From: Octopus vulgaris
Taxonomy: Eukaryota
Length of the DNA: 64,000 nt
Reading direction: 5' to 3'
Assembly: GCA_951406725.2 (NCBI GenBank)
Contig: OX597832.1
Span: forward strand, 43,958,001-44,022,000
The notes below the pieces were generated by a model. The model did not search any database. It had not been told where the DNA came from and saw only the letters and a list, made by a program, of their open reading frames with translations. Below are positions 1-13,280 of the stretch, in pieces (the stretch's first letter is position 1; the number at the start of each line of letters is the position of its first letter). The position numbers and the translations under genes are program-made.

Positions 1-270
1 CGTGCAAGTACATCAACTATTGCGATGTACTTACTGGTACTTTAAACTCTTCGGTTGCATATTTGTGTGAATAAAATCGCTTTTCTTTGGAATAGAAAAA
101 AAGTTTATCTTTATTTCTTCTTTTGCTGGTGTCTCAAATTTAGGTTAAATCAGTTTTTCTCAAAGGGGAGGCCTATGGGATGGTCGGACAAGTTGTTTTG
201 AGAAAATTTGGTTTAAATGTTTGACAATTCAGCACCGTCCATTGGACGGTGTGGGGGGCGTTTTGCTTGT
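1..270 (+). mobile_element. Possible Helitron-like 3' end
   Basis: Hairpin CACCGTCCA-T-TGGACGGTG (233-251) lies 14 nt upstream of CTTGT (266-270). The terminus is not canonical CTRR. Confidence 0.35.
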
Positions 271-1640
271 ATATATATATATATTTATGATGGACTTCAT
301 TCAGTTTCTGTCTACCAAATATATTCACATTACTTTGGCTGGCTTCAGTCTATAGTGGAAGCCACTTGCTTACAATGGCACAAAGTGAGACTGAACTTAA
401 AGCCTGTTGTTAAGGTGAGACAGTGTCACGTGACAACTTGCTGGGACTGCCTGCTGGAGCCTAGCGGCAGGTATTTAAAGGGAAAAATTTGACAAGACAG
501 TCAGTCACCGGCTGACACTCGCTGACACTACATCGAAGAGGCCAGGGAACAAAAGAAAGAAGACATGCACCCAACACCAGAGCTGAAGACACCTCCGAAA
601 GGGGGGGGGGGGACTGCCACATCAAAACGGTAGAGGAGTAGGGGCCGAAACCGGACGTGGTTCCTCCTGATGATGTCTTGAGCTAACTAGATCCTATAAA
701 GGAGCTGTTGTGGTAGCAGACCAAGAAACACGGTTGTAATTCCCCTCCTGGTTGGGAAAGAAACTTCTTAACCACAAAGCTACCAAGAAAGAAACCTTTA
801 TCATATACCGTGATATAGCATGGAAAAAAAGTCGATGCAGAACATTCCGAGGAAACAAATAACTACATCATAATAACGAACAGTAGACTGTGTTTCTTTG
901 TGTCACCCGATACCATGTTACATTAGATCGCAAAGAACGAAAAGAAAAGCACAAAATCAAGAAACAGAAATATATATTACACACTGCCAAAGGATAACAT
1001 GAGATACATCAGCCATAGTGTATATCATATGTCATAACATATTACATCATTTGGTGGAACCATGTTGGCAGTAGAAGAGAAAGTGAGGGAAACAGAGAGA
1101 GACAGGTAGACAGAGAGAGAAATTATGGGAAATTGAGAAAGAAACATAACTAGAAATATTACAAGGCAGACAGAGAAAGAGAGAGAAGCAAAGAAAGAAT
1201 GAAGGTGAGAAAGTGAGAGAGCAAAGGTGAGAAAGAAATATGCATAACTATTGTGCCTATACTTTGATCCTAAGTAGAAGGTAAGAAGGAATTAAAGGAG
1301 AATTACATAGACATATATTTACAATGTTTGTAACCCCACCCACCCAAAAAAAAATTACCAGACGTTGCTCCCCACTTTTATTTACATTCACAAACAAGGT
1401 AACAAACCACGTGCTGAGTTGATGTAATTGCTCGAAAATGCTGAGTCAGCTTCACTGATATCACATTAAATATAAGCATATAATTTGATACATGTATTAT
1501 ATGCGCATGCGAGTGTGTGTAATAGGAAGGATAATGATACGAATAAGACAGGGAAAAGATACGAAGTGTTGAGGATAGACATATTAACATTAACAAGCTT
1601 AGATTCAACCCTGTAGGTACTAAATGTATGGTTGGTACAA

Positions 1641-1709
<69 letters not shown>

Positions 1710-2267
1710 GATGCAGTACCAGGCAGTGGCTCTCATGGTTTCTGATCTTAACTGATTGGAAGTGTTATCATGTACATTGGTTTGTCTTGGTATAAGAGAT
1801 GGGCTACAGCAAATATTCTGCTCAATACCACAGATTTGCTTGTCAGTTGTTTGACCTTAACCAGTTGAGCGTGTCCCTTAGTGGCTGACGATATGTGCAT
1901 CTCTGATTATGAGCAGAAGTAGTGGGGGAGCATCATAGCCATGTGTTGAGAGGGATTCTTTGGGGTTTGAATAATTCACCTCTGGAAACATGGGTGTTTC
2001 ATTCAACATCCTTAAACAACCCTTATTCAGGGACCTTTTGAGCGGGATGGGTTACTCAAACTGAAGAAAATTCTAACTGGGCCCTACCTGCAAGGTCATG
2101 TGCTGTTTATCTTGATATGAGATCACCATGTCACGCACATATGGTAGTGATGCATGTGCCTGGTGTACCCTTATCAGACGGGTAGTCATGATGGGTATGC
2201 TGGGCTTCGTATATTTTACGAAGCCCAGTATGCCATCACTTTGATGGCATGCACTGCTCTCTCACTC
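1710..2267 (+). mobile_element. Non-coding ~560-bp element inserted in a (TAA)n tract (possible R4/Dong-type 3' UTR or dependent element)
   Basis: Higher-GC block bounded by (TAA)n on both sides, ending ...ctctctcactc-aataataat. Confidence 0.55.
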
Positions 2268-2359
2268 AATAATAATAATAATAATAAATGTCCTGATGAT
2301 AATGATATATAATGTCCAACCTATAAGGGTGTGTATCAATTGGATGATGTCAAAAGATA

Positions 2360-2560
2360 TTACTCTTTACTCTTTACTCTTTTACTTGTTCCAGTCATTT
2401 GATTGCGGCCATGCTGGAGCACCGCTTTTAGTCGAGCAAATCGACCCCGGGACATATTCTTTGTAAGCCCAGTACTTATTCTATCGGTCGCTTTTGCCGA
2501 ACCGCTAAGTTACGGGGACATAAACACACCAGCATCGGTTGTCAAGCAATGCTAGGGGCA

Positions 2561-2620
<60 letters not shown>

Positions 2621-2779
2621 CGACAGGCTTCTTTCAGTTTCCGTCTACCAAATCCACTCACAAGGCTTTGGTCGGCCCGAGGCTATAGTGGAAGACACTT
2701 GCCCAAGGTGCCATGCAGTGGGACTGAACCCAGAACCATGTGGTTGGTAAGCAAGCTACTTACCACACAGCCACTTCTA

Positions 2780-2827
<48 letters not shown>

Positions 2828-3015
2828 GTTTCAGTTACTAGACTGTGGCCATGCTGGAGCACAGCCTTGAAGAATTTTTAGTCGAATGAATCAACCCTAG
2901 TACTTATGTTATTTTTGGTACTTATTCTATTGGGTTTCTTTTGCCAAACAGCTAGATTATGGGGATGTAAACACACCAACACCGATTGTCAAGCAGTGGT
3001 GGGAAACAAACAAAG

Positions 3016-3054
<39 letters not shown>

Positions 3055-3250
3055 CACACACACACACACACATACATACACAAATATATGACAGGCTTCT
3101 TTCAGTTTCCGTCTACCAAATCCACTCACAAAGCTTTGGTTGGTCTGAGGCTATAGTAGAAGACACCTGCCCAAGGTGCCTCTCAGTGGGACTGAACCCA
3201 GAACTGCATGGTTGGGAAAGCAAGCTTCTTAACCACACAGCCACACCTGA
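2360..3250 (-). mobile_element. Two tandem SINE family A copies (2360-2782, 2826-3250)
   Basis: Reverse complement of family A. Confidence 0.9.
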
Positions 3251-3555
3251 CCTGCACATACATACATACATATGTATATATATATATATATATATGTATG
3301 TGTATGAAGTAGTCACCTGAGTATCAATCAGTAAGCCGACCATTAATAAGGTGCAATTAACCTTTGCTTAGGCTGGCTATTGATACTATATATAAACATT
3401 ATGAGTTAAGCAGATTCCACTCTGAATCCATCAAGTTCCGTTCTTATAGACCGTTTCCTTTCATAGTCAAACACATTTGGAGAAGCATTATTTTGTTTGA
3501 TTTCTTCTCTTTCAGTTTTTCTTTCTGTCTTCCTTCCTTTCTTTCGTTTTTCCCT

Positions 3556-3830
3556 TTATTTCATTCTTATTCTTTTTGTTTTTGTTTTTGTTTTTGTTTT
3601 TGGTTTTTTTTTTTGTTTTTTTCTTCTTATTTCATTCTTATTCTTTTTCACTTTTGTTTTTGTTTTTGTTTATTTTTATTTGTTTTTTCCTTCTTATTTC
3701 ATTCTTATTCTTTTTCACTTTTGTTTTTGTTTTTGTTTATTTTTATTTGTTTTTTCCTTCTTATTTCATTCTTATTCTTTTTCACTTTTGTTTTTGTTTT
3801 TTGTTTTTAATTTTTTTTTCCTTCTTATTT
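3556..3830. repeat. T-rich 67-bp minisatellite, about 4 copies
   Basis: tcttatttcattcttattcttttt recurs at 3625, 3692 and 3759. Confidence 0.9.
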
Positions 3831-3917
3831 TTATGTGGAAATGTGATAGAATAGATTTAACGATGATTCTGCTCCTAGAATCCGTGGTGTTGTTGGAGTT
3901 GATGGAACAGTTGTCGC

Positions 3918-3948
<31 letters not shown>

Positions 3949-4589
3949 GGTGGTAGTGTAAGGAGACAGGAGGAGGAGGAGAAGGATAAAGTTGCTGACC
4001 AGGCATTTTATAAAGAAAAAAAAGGCCTCTGTTCTTGAATGAGAGATCTGCATGTTTAAGAGTGATCAAAAGCCAAATATCAAAAGCTTTATAATGTATG
4101 GAAGTATTTGTTACGAAACGGAATCAGAGAGAGAGAAGTTCTCTTAAAAAGAGACAGAAGGAAGACAAACAAAGAGACCAAAGAGAGAGAGAGCGAGGAT
4201 CAAATTAATGTTTGTATATAGAAAATGCAAAATATATAAAAAAAAAAAAGAATATTTTGCAACTAACATTCTTTGATATTTCGTGGTGGTTCATCAACAC
4301 AACAGCAAGGTGTTAAAGTAGGCTCTAATTGAAGCCAACAGTGAATTATTTAACCTTTCAATACACTCTAAAGGTATTTATTGACCTTCAATAGTGTTAA
4401 TGTAGACCACACATATATATATATATATTTATTTCTTTTTAGCTTTTTTTTGTTTTTATTTTTGAGATTAAAGGATTAATTTAACAATGGAATAATAATA
4501 GTTTGCAGAATCTATACAGATATTATATTTTTCTCCTTAATCTAAGATTTGATTTATAAAAATTCTTAAAATTTAGAATTAGATTAATT

Positions 4590-4648
4590 TTATATTATCA
4601 TTATAATTATTATTACTATTATTATTGTTGTTATTATTATTATTACTA

Positions 4649-4707
<59 letters not shown>

Positions 4708-4774
4708 GTTGTTGTTGTTGTTGTTATTATTATTATTATTGCTATTATAATTATTATTGTTATTATTATTATTG

Positions 4775-4809
<35 letters not shown>

Positions 4810-4818
4810 GCTATTATA

Positions 4819-4854
<36 letters not shown>

Positions 4855-4926
4855 TATTATTATTATTATTATTATTACTATTACATACTATTATTATTAT
4901 TATTTTTATTATTTTATATATATATA

Positions 4927-4975
<49 letters not shown>

Positions 4976-5075
4976 TGTTATTATTATCATTATTATTGTT
5001 ATTGCTGTTGTAGTTGTTATTGCAATAATTATTGCTGTTGTTATTTTCATCATTGTCATCATCATCATCATCATT
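4590..5075. repeat. (TTA)n microsatellite; similar (TAA)/(GAT) arrays at 1645-1709, 20531-20970, 23355-23440, 31035-31262
   Basis: Directly visible. Confidence 0.97.
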
Positions 5076-6967
5076 ATTTAATATTTCCCTGATTCTGCAA
5101 ATTAAAAAGATTGCATTATAGGATAAACATTTTTCTTACAGGATTTCAGAAATATTCAAAAGAGAAAAATTTTTATAATTCTCAATTTTTAATTAATTAT
5201 CTTTCAATATTATGATAAATAAAAGCATGGCTGTGTGGGTAAGGAAGTTACTTCACAATCATTTGGTTTTGGGTTCAATCCCATTGCACGACACTTTAGA
5301 CAAATGCCTTTTATTACAGCCCTGTGTAAGGTGGTGAGCTGGCAGAATCATTAGCATGCTGGACGAAATGCTAAGTGATATTTCACCTGTCGCTATGTTC
5401 TGAGTTCAAATTCCGCCAAGATTGACTTTGCCTTTCGTCCTTTTGGGGGTTGATAAATTAAGTACCAGTCAAGTACTGGGGTCAATGTAATTGACTATCA
5501 CTGCCCCCAAATTTCAGGCCTTGTGCCTGTAGCAGAAAGGATTATAGCACTAGGCTGCCCTTATGAGTGAATGTGGTAACTATGAAATTGCAAGATGGCT
5601 TGATGAATATACAAGTATGTGTGTGTGTGTGTGTGTGTGCATGTACATACATGGGTGCAAATGTGTGTAGATGTTGATATTTCATGGCTTCAATTGAACA
5701 AAACAGTGACATAATGATGACATTCCTCGTTGACATTATCACAAGTCACTCTGCATTTGAATGCCTCTAAAATAAAAGCAAAAAAATCCCTTACATGTAA
5801 AAGTGGTTACTTATACACACACATACACATATATATAATAACAATTTAATAAATAAAACATATGCATACATACATATATGTACATACCTACATCTATATG
5901 TATATATATACATGCATATATGGGTACAGGACACCACAAATAAACGTAGAACACAACGAGAAACGAAAACATAAAATCAAACAAGGAAACGGACTTTTCT
6001 TAACAACGAAAACACAGAGTACAAGACAAACAATACAAGGAAAATTCCCCTTCATCAGCTGCCCCTGTTTCGACTCAATGCGTGTTTCGAAGGTAAGGGC
6101 AGAACACGATCCAGCCGAAGCAATTCATACATATATACGATGGACTTCTTTCAGTTTCCGTCTACCAAATACACTCACAAGGCTTTGGTTGGCCCGAGGC
6201 TATAGTAGAAGACACTTGCCCAAGGTGCCATGCAGTAGGACAGAACCTGGAACCCTGTGATTGGTAAGCAAGCTACTTACCACACAGCCACTCCTACGCC
6301 TATTATTAGGAATTTTACAAAAATTATTATTAGAATATTTTGTGTATTACAGAAGTATAACCAGTTTATCGTACAAGAATTTTAACAATGAAATCTATGG
6401 ACCCCAATGACCATATGGACCCCACTTGAGAACCTCAGAACTAAAACTCTTCAAGGCAATGCCTCCTGCATGGCCACAATTCAATGAGTGAAAGAAGGAA
6501 AGATAGAAGATAAAGAAATGTAAAAACTAGAAGCAAAAACTAAATTTCACTGAGTTTGTAAAATGCTTCTATTGAAGGACTGAGATGAAATCCAGATCAA
6601 AGCATTTCAATTCATCTTTGAAACTAACAAGTATCTTTAAGCATCTCATTTAATCTAACTTGAGGAAACACAAAGGTTTTATGGCTAGTCCCAGGCGAAG
6701 CAAAATATATAGATAAATATATAAAATTTTGTTCAGAACCCACAAAAAAAAATTATTGAAATTTCCAAATCCTTTGATTTTTATGCCAGAGAGATAAAGA
6801 TATAATTTGCAAAGACGAAAAAGAAAATGGTGTTTTTAGCAAAAAATGAATGGAATACAAAGTTTAAAGATTTCTTGGGGGCAGCTACAGAAGTTGTATA
6901 GAAAGATAATTAATTTAGTAAATACAGAATACACTAGTGTTTATGTTCTACTATTTAGAGGTTAGTA

Positions 6968-7390
6968 AGGTGGCAAGCTGGCAGAATCGTTAGCATGCCA
7001 GGCGAAATTCTTACTGGTATTTCGTCTGCCGCTACGTTCTGAGTTCAAATTCCACCGAGGTCGACTTTGCCTTTCATCCTTTCGGGGGCCGATTAAATAA
7101 GTACCAGTTACGCACTGAGGTTGATATAATCGACTTAATCCGTTTGTCTGTCCTTGTTTGTCCTCTTTGTGTTTAGCCCCTTGTGAGTAGTAAAGAAAAA
7201 GGTGGCAAGCTGGCAGAATCATTAGCATGCCGGGCAAAATGCTGAGCAAATTCTGCCATGGTCAACTTTGCCTTTTATCCTTTCAGGGTTGATAAAATAG
7301 TACTAGGTGAACATCAGGGCCGATGTAATTGACTAGTCCTCTCCCCTGAAATTGCTGGCCCTGTGCCAAAATCTGAAACCAATATTAGAA
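6968..7390 (+). mobile_element. Two tandem SINE family B copies; others at 5328-5545, 31722-31830, 34070-34245, 55929-56163 (-), 62080-62240
   Basis: Shared ggcgagctggcagaa...gttcaaattc...gcctttcatcc core. Confidence 0.85.
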
Positions 7391-8616
7391 GGTCGGTGTA
7401 TTTTCTTTTGGACAGCAAATGAATGGATTTATAGGTTATTGGACAGCTGACTGGAGGGTCAGCTGCGTATTGGGTTGTATCCATGTCCAAGACACTAAGC
7501 CATGCAGTGAGACTGAACCTGAAACTATGTAGTTAGAAAGCAAATTCTGTAAAACTTGTATAATATTATAGATGTGTTGTCAAGGCTATTACACTACACC
7601 ACAAAAATATAGACAGAAAGACATCAGTTGACAATACAACTGTTCTCTAAAGAATATCCTATGAAACAGAAGATATTATATAATTGATTTTGATATCCAG
7701 ATATGAGAGGAAAATTTAATACCCTGATAATACATTGTCTGATAATGCAGCTAAACTTTGGCACTACAAATCTGGAATTTTAAATCTGAAATCACCCAAT
7801 CAGAGACAAGAAATTCAATCAACCATTCCGGTACATTTCATCTATTAATATTAAATAATGCTAACACTAATTCTATGAATCCAACATACAATGCTTTGAA
7901 GATAAGGTTGGGAGGAATTAGAAGTAGTGACGCTGTAAGAGACTTGGAAAGATTAAATATACTAGACCATGGAGGAAGACAAAAAAATCATTAAAAAATA
8001 TAGGGAAAGGGTTATTAAACAATGAAAATGAAAATATAGTTATATGCTTAATTCTACATATATAGCGGTGCCCCAGCATGGCCACAGCTCGTGAGCTGAA
8101 ACTAGATAAAATAAATAAATAAAAATAAATATTAAACTAGCAGAATGCATTGTAGTATAAAACATAAGTAGTTTAGAAGTATATCTTTTCCTAGTACCAT
8201 ACCACCTGTTTCAGGGTTAGGCAGTCAGCAACTAAACTGGGTTGCCAGGCGAGGAAGGTGTCGTGGACAGGTGTTGTGAGCTCATTGTGAACCAGTGGCC
8301 ATCCACATGAGTGTGTGTGCATGTATGTTTTTGCGTCTGTGTTTGTCTCCCACCACCGCTTGATGTGTTTACGTCCCTATAACTTAGCAGTTCAGCAAAA
8401 GAGACTAATAGAATAAGTACCAAGCTTACAAAAAATGAAATCGGCATCAATTTGTTCAACAAAAAATTCTTCAAGGCAGTGCCCCAGAATGGCCACAGTC
8501 TAATGACAGAAACACCAAGAAAAAGATAAAAGAATATAATAAGGGAAAGTGTCTTACACCATAGTCTTTGGGTGACAATTGCATCAAGAGAAAAATGATG
8601 AGTAAGCTCTTTCAGA

Positions 8617-8661
<45 letters not shown>

Positions 8662-8832
8662 TGTGTGTGGGTGGGTGTGTACGCATTTATATATAGATAT
8701 ATATATTAGTAATAAGACACATTCTTACTCCACAGGATACATTATAATTAGTCCTAATGAAGTATTTTTCACCTAAAGTGATCAATAGATATTGATATAA
8801 GTCATGAATTAGGGTTGCAACCTAAGCAATTC

Positions 8833-8858
8833 ATATACACATACATACATACATACAC

Positions 8859-8891
<33 letters not shown>

Positions 8892-9229
8892 CATACATAC
8901 ATACATACATACATACATACATGCATGCATGCATGCATACATACACACATACATTCATACATACATACATACATACACACATACATTCATACATACATAC
9001 ATACATATATACATACATACATACATACACACATACATACATACATACATACATACATACATACATACACACATACATTCATACATACATACATACATAC
9101 GTACATACATACATACATACATACATGCATGCATGCATACATACATGCATAAATACATACATACATGCATGCATGCATACATACATACATACATACATAA
9201 ATACATACATACATACATACATACATACA

Positions 9230-9260
<31 letters not shown>

Positions 9261-9420
9261 GTATATATTTATGTATATTATGTATATACATGTGTGTATA
9301 TATATATATGTGTGTATGTATGTATGTACGTATGTACGCATGTATGTATGTATATATGAATGTATGTATGTATGTATGTATGTATGTGTGTGTGTGTATG
9401 TGTGTATGCACACATATACA
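8833..9420. repeat. (TACA)n then (TGTA)n microsatellite; similar arrays at 55583-55920 and 59250-59990
   Basis: Directly visible. Confidence 0.97.
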
Positions 9421-9958
9421 CATGGACAGAGATAAGTGTGGACAGGTATGTACGTATGTATAGGTGTATGTGTGTGTATCTTTCACTGTTGTATATCAGT
9501 GAAGAATATATAGACCAACAGAAAAAACGAAACAAAACGAAACAAAAAAAAAAAACAAAAAAAAAAAAAACTGGTGCTTTTTTCAAAAGAAACTCCTGGA
9601 GATATTTGTTCTGCTTCGTCAGACACTCTTTTATCACTGTCACCAAGGTGGTAAACCAACAATTATTGGCCCATTGGAAACCCGAAGCTAACAATACCTC
9701 GTCCACAAATTGAGATCAAAAAAAAAAAAATCAATAAAATAAATAAAGATTATCTGATCATAGAAAGCAAGCAAACTGCATTTCACAGTGGTGAACAGCA
9801 CTTTTACTGCACAATTATTTATATCTAAGTGAAATGAGGGTTGAATGTGTTTTCTGCCAGTAAGAGAGTACATATGAACTGTCCAGCTCTGTGCCATTGG
9901 GTTGGCAGCAGCCTATTGACTCAGCTTGTGGAGGCGCAATGGCCCAGTGGTTAGGGCA

Positions 9959-10064
9959 CTAGCTTAATGATAACTAAGTTATTTTACTGAATTATTTGTT
10001 ATATTTAAAGTAATTGAGAAAAAAAACAGAGCAACTCAAAATAAATACGGTAACGAAAGGGTTA
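9959..10064. mobile_element. piggyBac-like MITE fragment (other end at 15213-15356; a further TTAA-CCCT-type end at 19567-19678)
   Basis: Ends in ...AAAGGG-TTAA. The internal block ctagcttaatgataactaagttattttact is found reversed at 15214-15248. Confidence 0.5.
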
Positions 10065-10117
10065 AAGTAAGAAGTTCTCTATCTGTTCCTCCCATTAATA
10101 TCTCCATATAATCCAGG

Positions 10118-10871
10118 ATGCGCAATGGCCCAGTGGTTAGGGCAGCGGATTCACGGTCGTAGGATCGCGGTTTCAATTCCCAGACCAAGGGTTGTGAGTG
10201 TTTATTGAGCGAAAACACCTAAAGATCCATGAGGCTTCGGCAGGGGATGGTGGTGATCCCTGCTGTACTCTTTCACCACTCTTTCTCTCACTCTTACTTC
10301 CTGTTTCTGTTGTACCTGTATTTCGTGGTTAGGGCAGCGGACTCACGGTCGTAGAATCGCGGTTTCGATTCCCAGACCGGGGCGTTGTGAGTGATTATTG
10401 AGCGAAAACACCTAAAACTCCACGAGGCTCCGGCAGGGGATGGTGGTGATCCCTGCTGTACTCTTTCACCACAACTTTCTCTCACTCTTACTTCCTGTTT
10501 CTGTTGTACCTGTATTTCAAAGGGCCGGCCTTGTCACTCTCTGTGTTATGCTGAATATCCCCGAGAACTACATTAAGAGTACACGTGTCTGTGGAGTGCT
10601 CAGCCACTTACACGTTTAGTTTCACGAGCAGGCTGTTCCGTTGATCGGATCAACCGGAACCCTCGTCGTCGGAACCAACGGAGTGCTTCCACCTGTATTT
10701 CAAAGGGCCAGCCTTGTCACTCTCTGTGTCACGCTGAATATCCCCGAGAACTACGTTAAGGGTACACGTGTCTGTGGAGTGCTCAGCCACTTACACGTTA
10801 ATTTCACGAGCAGGCTGTTCTGTTGATCGGATCAACCGGAACCTTCGTCATCGTAACCGACGGAGTGCTTC
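10118..10871 (+). mobile_element. tRNA-derived SINE family C with tandem duplications of both halves; diverged relatives at 15530-15860 (-), 14924-15210, 26330-26495
   Basis: A box TGGCCCAGTGG and B-box-like GGTTTCGATTCC. 5' unit 10118-10324 and 3' unit 10508-10691 are each repeated. Confidence 0.85.
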
Positions 10872-11067
10872 CAAAAAAAAATTGACTCAGCTGAACAGCG
10901 ACGGACTCGCCTTTGTGTTTTCTGAATGAGATAAGGAAGAAATTTGTAATTGGAAGTTTCTCAAATAAGAAAGAGATTCGGAATGTAACGTGATATGGAA
11001 GGTAGGGCAGTGAGAGGGTCAAGATTACAGAACCCAAACCTAAATGCTTTAATCATTTTTGTTCTTT

Positions 11068-11680
11068 ATCCTTTACATGTTTCAGTCATTAGACTGCGGC
11101 CATGCTGGGGCACCGCCTTGAAGAACCTTTAGTCAAATTAATCAACGACCCCCCAGTACCTCTCTCTTTCTCTTTTCACTCTTTTACTCGTTTCAGTCAT
11201 TTGACTGCGGCCATGCTGGAGCGCCGCTTTTAGTCGAGCAAACCGACCCCAGGACTTATTCATTTGTAAGCCCAGTACTTATTCTATTGGTCTCTTTTGT
11301 CGAACTGCTAAGTGACGGGGACGTCAACACACCAGCATCGGTTGTCAAGCAATGCTAGGGGGACAAACACAGACACAAAAACATACACACACACACATAT
11401 ATATATACATATATACGACAGGCTTCTTTCAGTTTCCGTCTACCAAATCCACTCACAAGACTCTCTCTTTCTCTTTTCACTCTTTTACTTGTTTCAGTCA
11501 TTTGACTGCGGCCATGCTGGAGCGCCGCTTTTAGTCGAGCAAAATGACCCCAGGCCTTATTCATTGTAAGCCCAATACTTATTCTATCGGTCTCTTTTGC
11601 CGAACCGCTAAGTGACGGGGATGTAAACACACCGGCATCGGTTGTCAAGCAATGCTAGGGGGACAAACACAGACACAAAA
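11068..11680 (-). mobile_element. SINE family A 3' halves, locally duplicated (period ~301 bp)
   Basis: 11160-11460 is repeated at 11461-11680, including the flanking ctctctctttctcttttcac. Confidence 0.88.
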
Positions 11681-13280
11681 TTATCAACTCAGCCCTTCTC
11701 CGAAACTGCTGGCCTCGTGCCAAAATTTGAAACCGATATTTATAACCAAATTGACAATTTCTATCAATCTTGTCTATAAAAACGGAGCAGAAAAGATTGT
11801 GATTAAGCAACTTCAAAAGGATATGAAAAATGTCTTAATGTGAATTTGGATCCACCATATTCTAAGAACCAGAGTGAAATTTTATGCTACATTGTACAAG
11901 ATATTAATTTCAGTTTTTAATAAGCTATCAGTGATGCTATATGTATATATATAATGGATGTAAATATTTTAGATTTTAAACATCGTACATATGTACAAAG
12001 CAACAATGTTAGTTGGCGCTGTTGCAGAAAGTGATCTTCGGTCAACAACTTACCAAGAAAACAATTTCCTTTTGTGGAAGCTAAATTATGATCACACAAA
12101 CAGATACACACGGATACATATAAATACATAGATACATATACAGACACACAAATACACACAAATACAGAGACACACAGACATATAAAGGAGATGAGAAGGG
12201 GAGGGAAAGAGAGAGAGCGGAATGGTAATTTTCCTTGCTCTAATTATCCCAGAAGTAGTTAATTTGGAAATTCTAATAAATGTCAGTAACCTTGATATAA
12301 ACAGGTTGCTGCTGCTGCTACTGCTGCTGCTGCTGCTATTGTTTAGGCTCAGATCACCACTGATACAGGGAATATAAAACAAAAGGCATTCCATCCATGT
12401 CTATCCAGTTGGATTTTTTTTAAAGATTTAGACACTACATCAAGAACAGTGTTCCTTAATTTTCATTTTTTTTTTTGCTTTTATTTTTTGTCCCCTTTTT
12501 CATGCTTGCATGGGTCACATGAAATTTTGTCCAGGGAGATTTTCCGTAGCCGGATACCCTTCCTGTCACCAACCATCACTTGTACCCAAGGAAGGTAATA
12601 TTTCTCCATGACCAGACATGTTCTCAGAGCAGATTGGAAACAAATGCCAATGCTTGCACGACAATGACACTTATTTACAACTATCACATGATGTCAAGAT
12701 AAGGAGACAGTAACACACACATACACATGTGTGTATCTATCCATAGGTGTGTGTGTGTGTGTGTGTGTAATCATAAATGACAGAGAAATATTTTGATGAA
12801 CTTTTATTTAACAAAAAGAAAAATCCTAAAATCACGACAAATTGTTCCATAACTCAAAAACATGCACATAATTTATATTATTATATTTAATCTTAATATA
12901 TAAAACAGAGTTTGTGTGTGTGAGTATGCTCCTTATGGATTCGAAAACTGAATTGCTAATTTTGACATATAAGCTACAGATTTTGACATATTATTTTGAC
13001 AAATTCAGTAATCTTTCAGCCTCCAAATAAACTATGTTTTTTACACAACTCTTTTTTACTGCAAAAATAACCTCTGAAATGAGGTTGGGTTGCACAATTT
13101 TGAGGTTTTGGTGAAGGGAGGCAACTCTGTTTGAACAATCTGTCTTAAATAGAGCATAATGAGAAAATGTTTAAAATACATGAAGTTTTATCAGGGAATG
13201 AAACTTCAAAGATATACCATCAATTAATCTTTTAATGTGAAATATGTTTATATTTTGTTTAGCCCAGAGTTGCCTCTGAT

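Noticed and set aside
643-677. GAAAC...GTT...CTGATGA as a type II hammerhead
   Set aside because: Only ~4 nt are available for stem I and stem II does not pair.
6040-6095. GAAAC and CTGATGA motifs on the minus strand of a (TA)n-embedded element
   Set aside because: Order and pairing do not give a complete hammerhead. It is probably a rearranged relative and was not counted.
10118-10190. tRNA genes at SINE heads (also 33495, 61321)
   Set aside because: A and B boxes are present but continue into SINE bodies with no proper acceptor stem.
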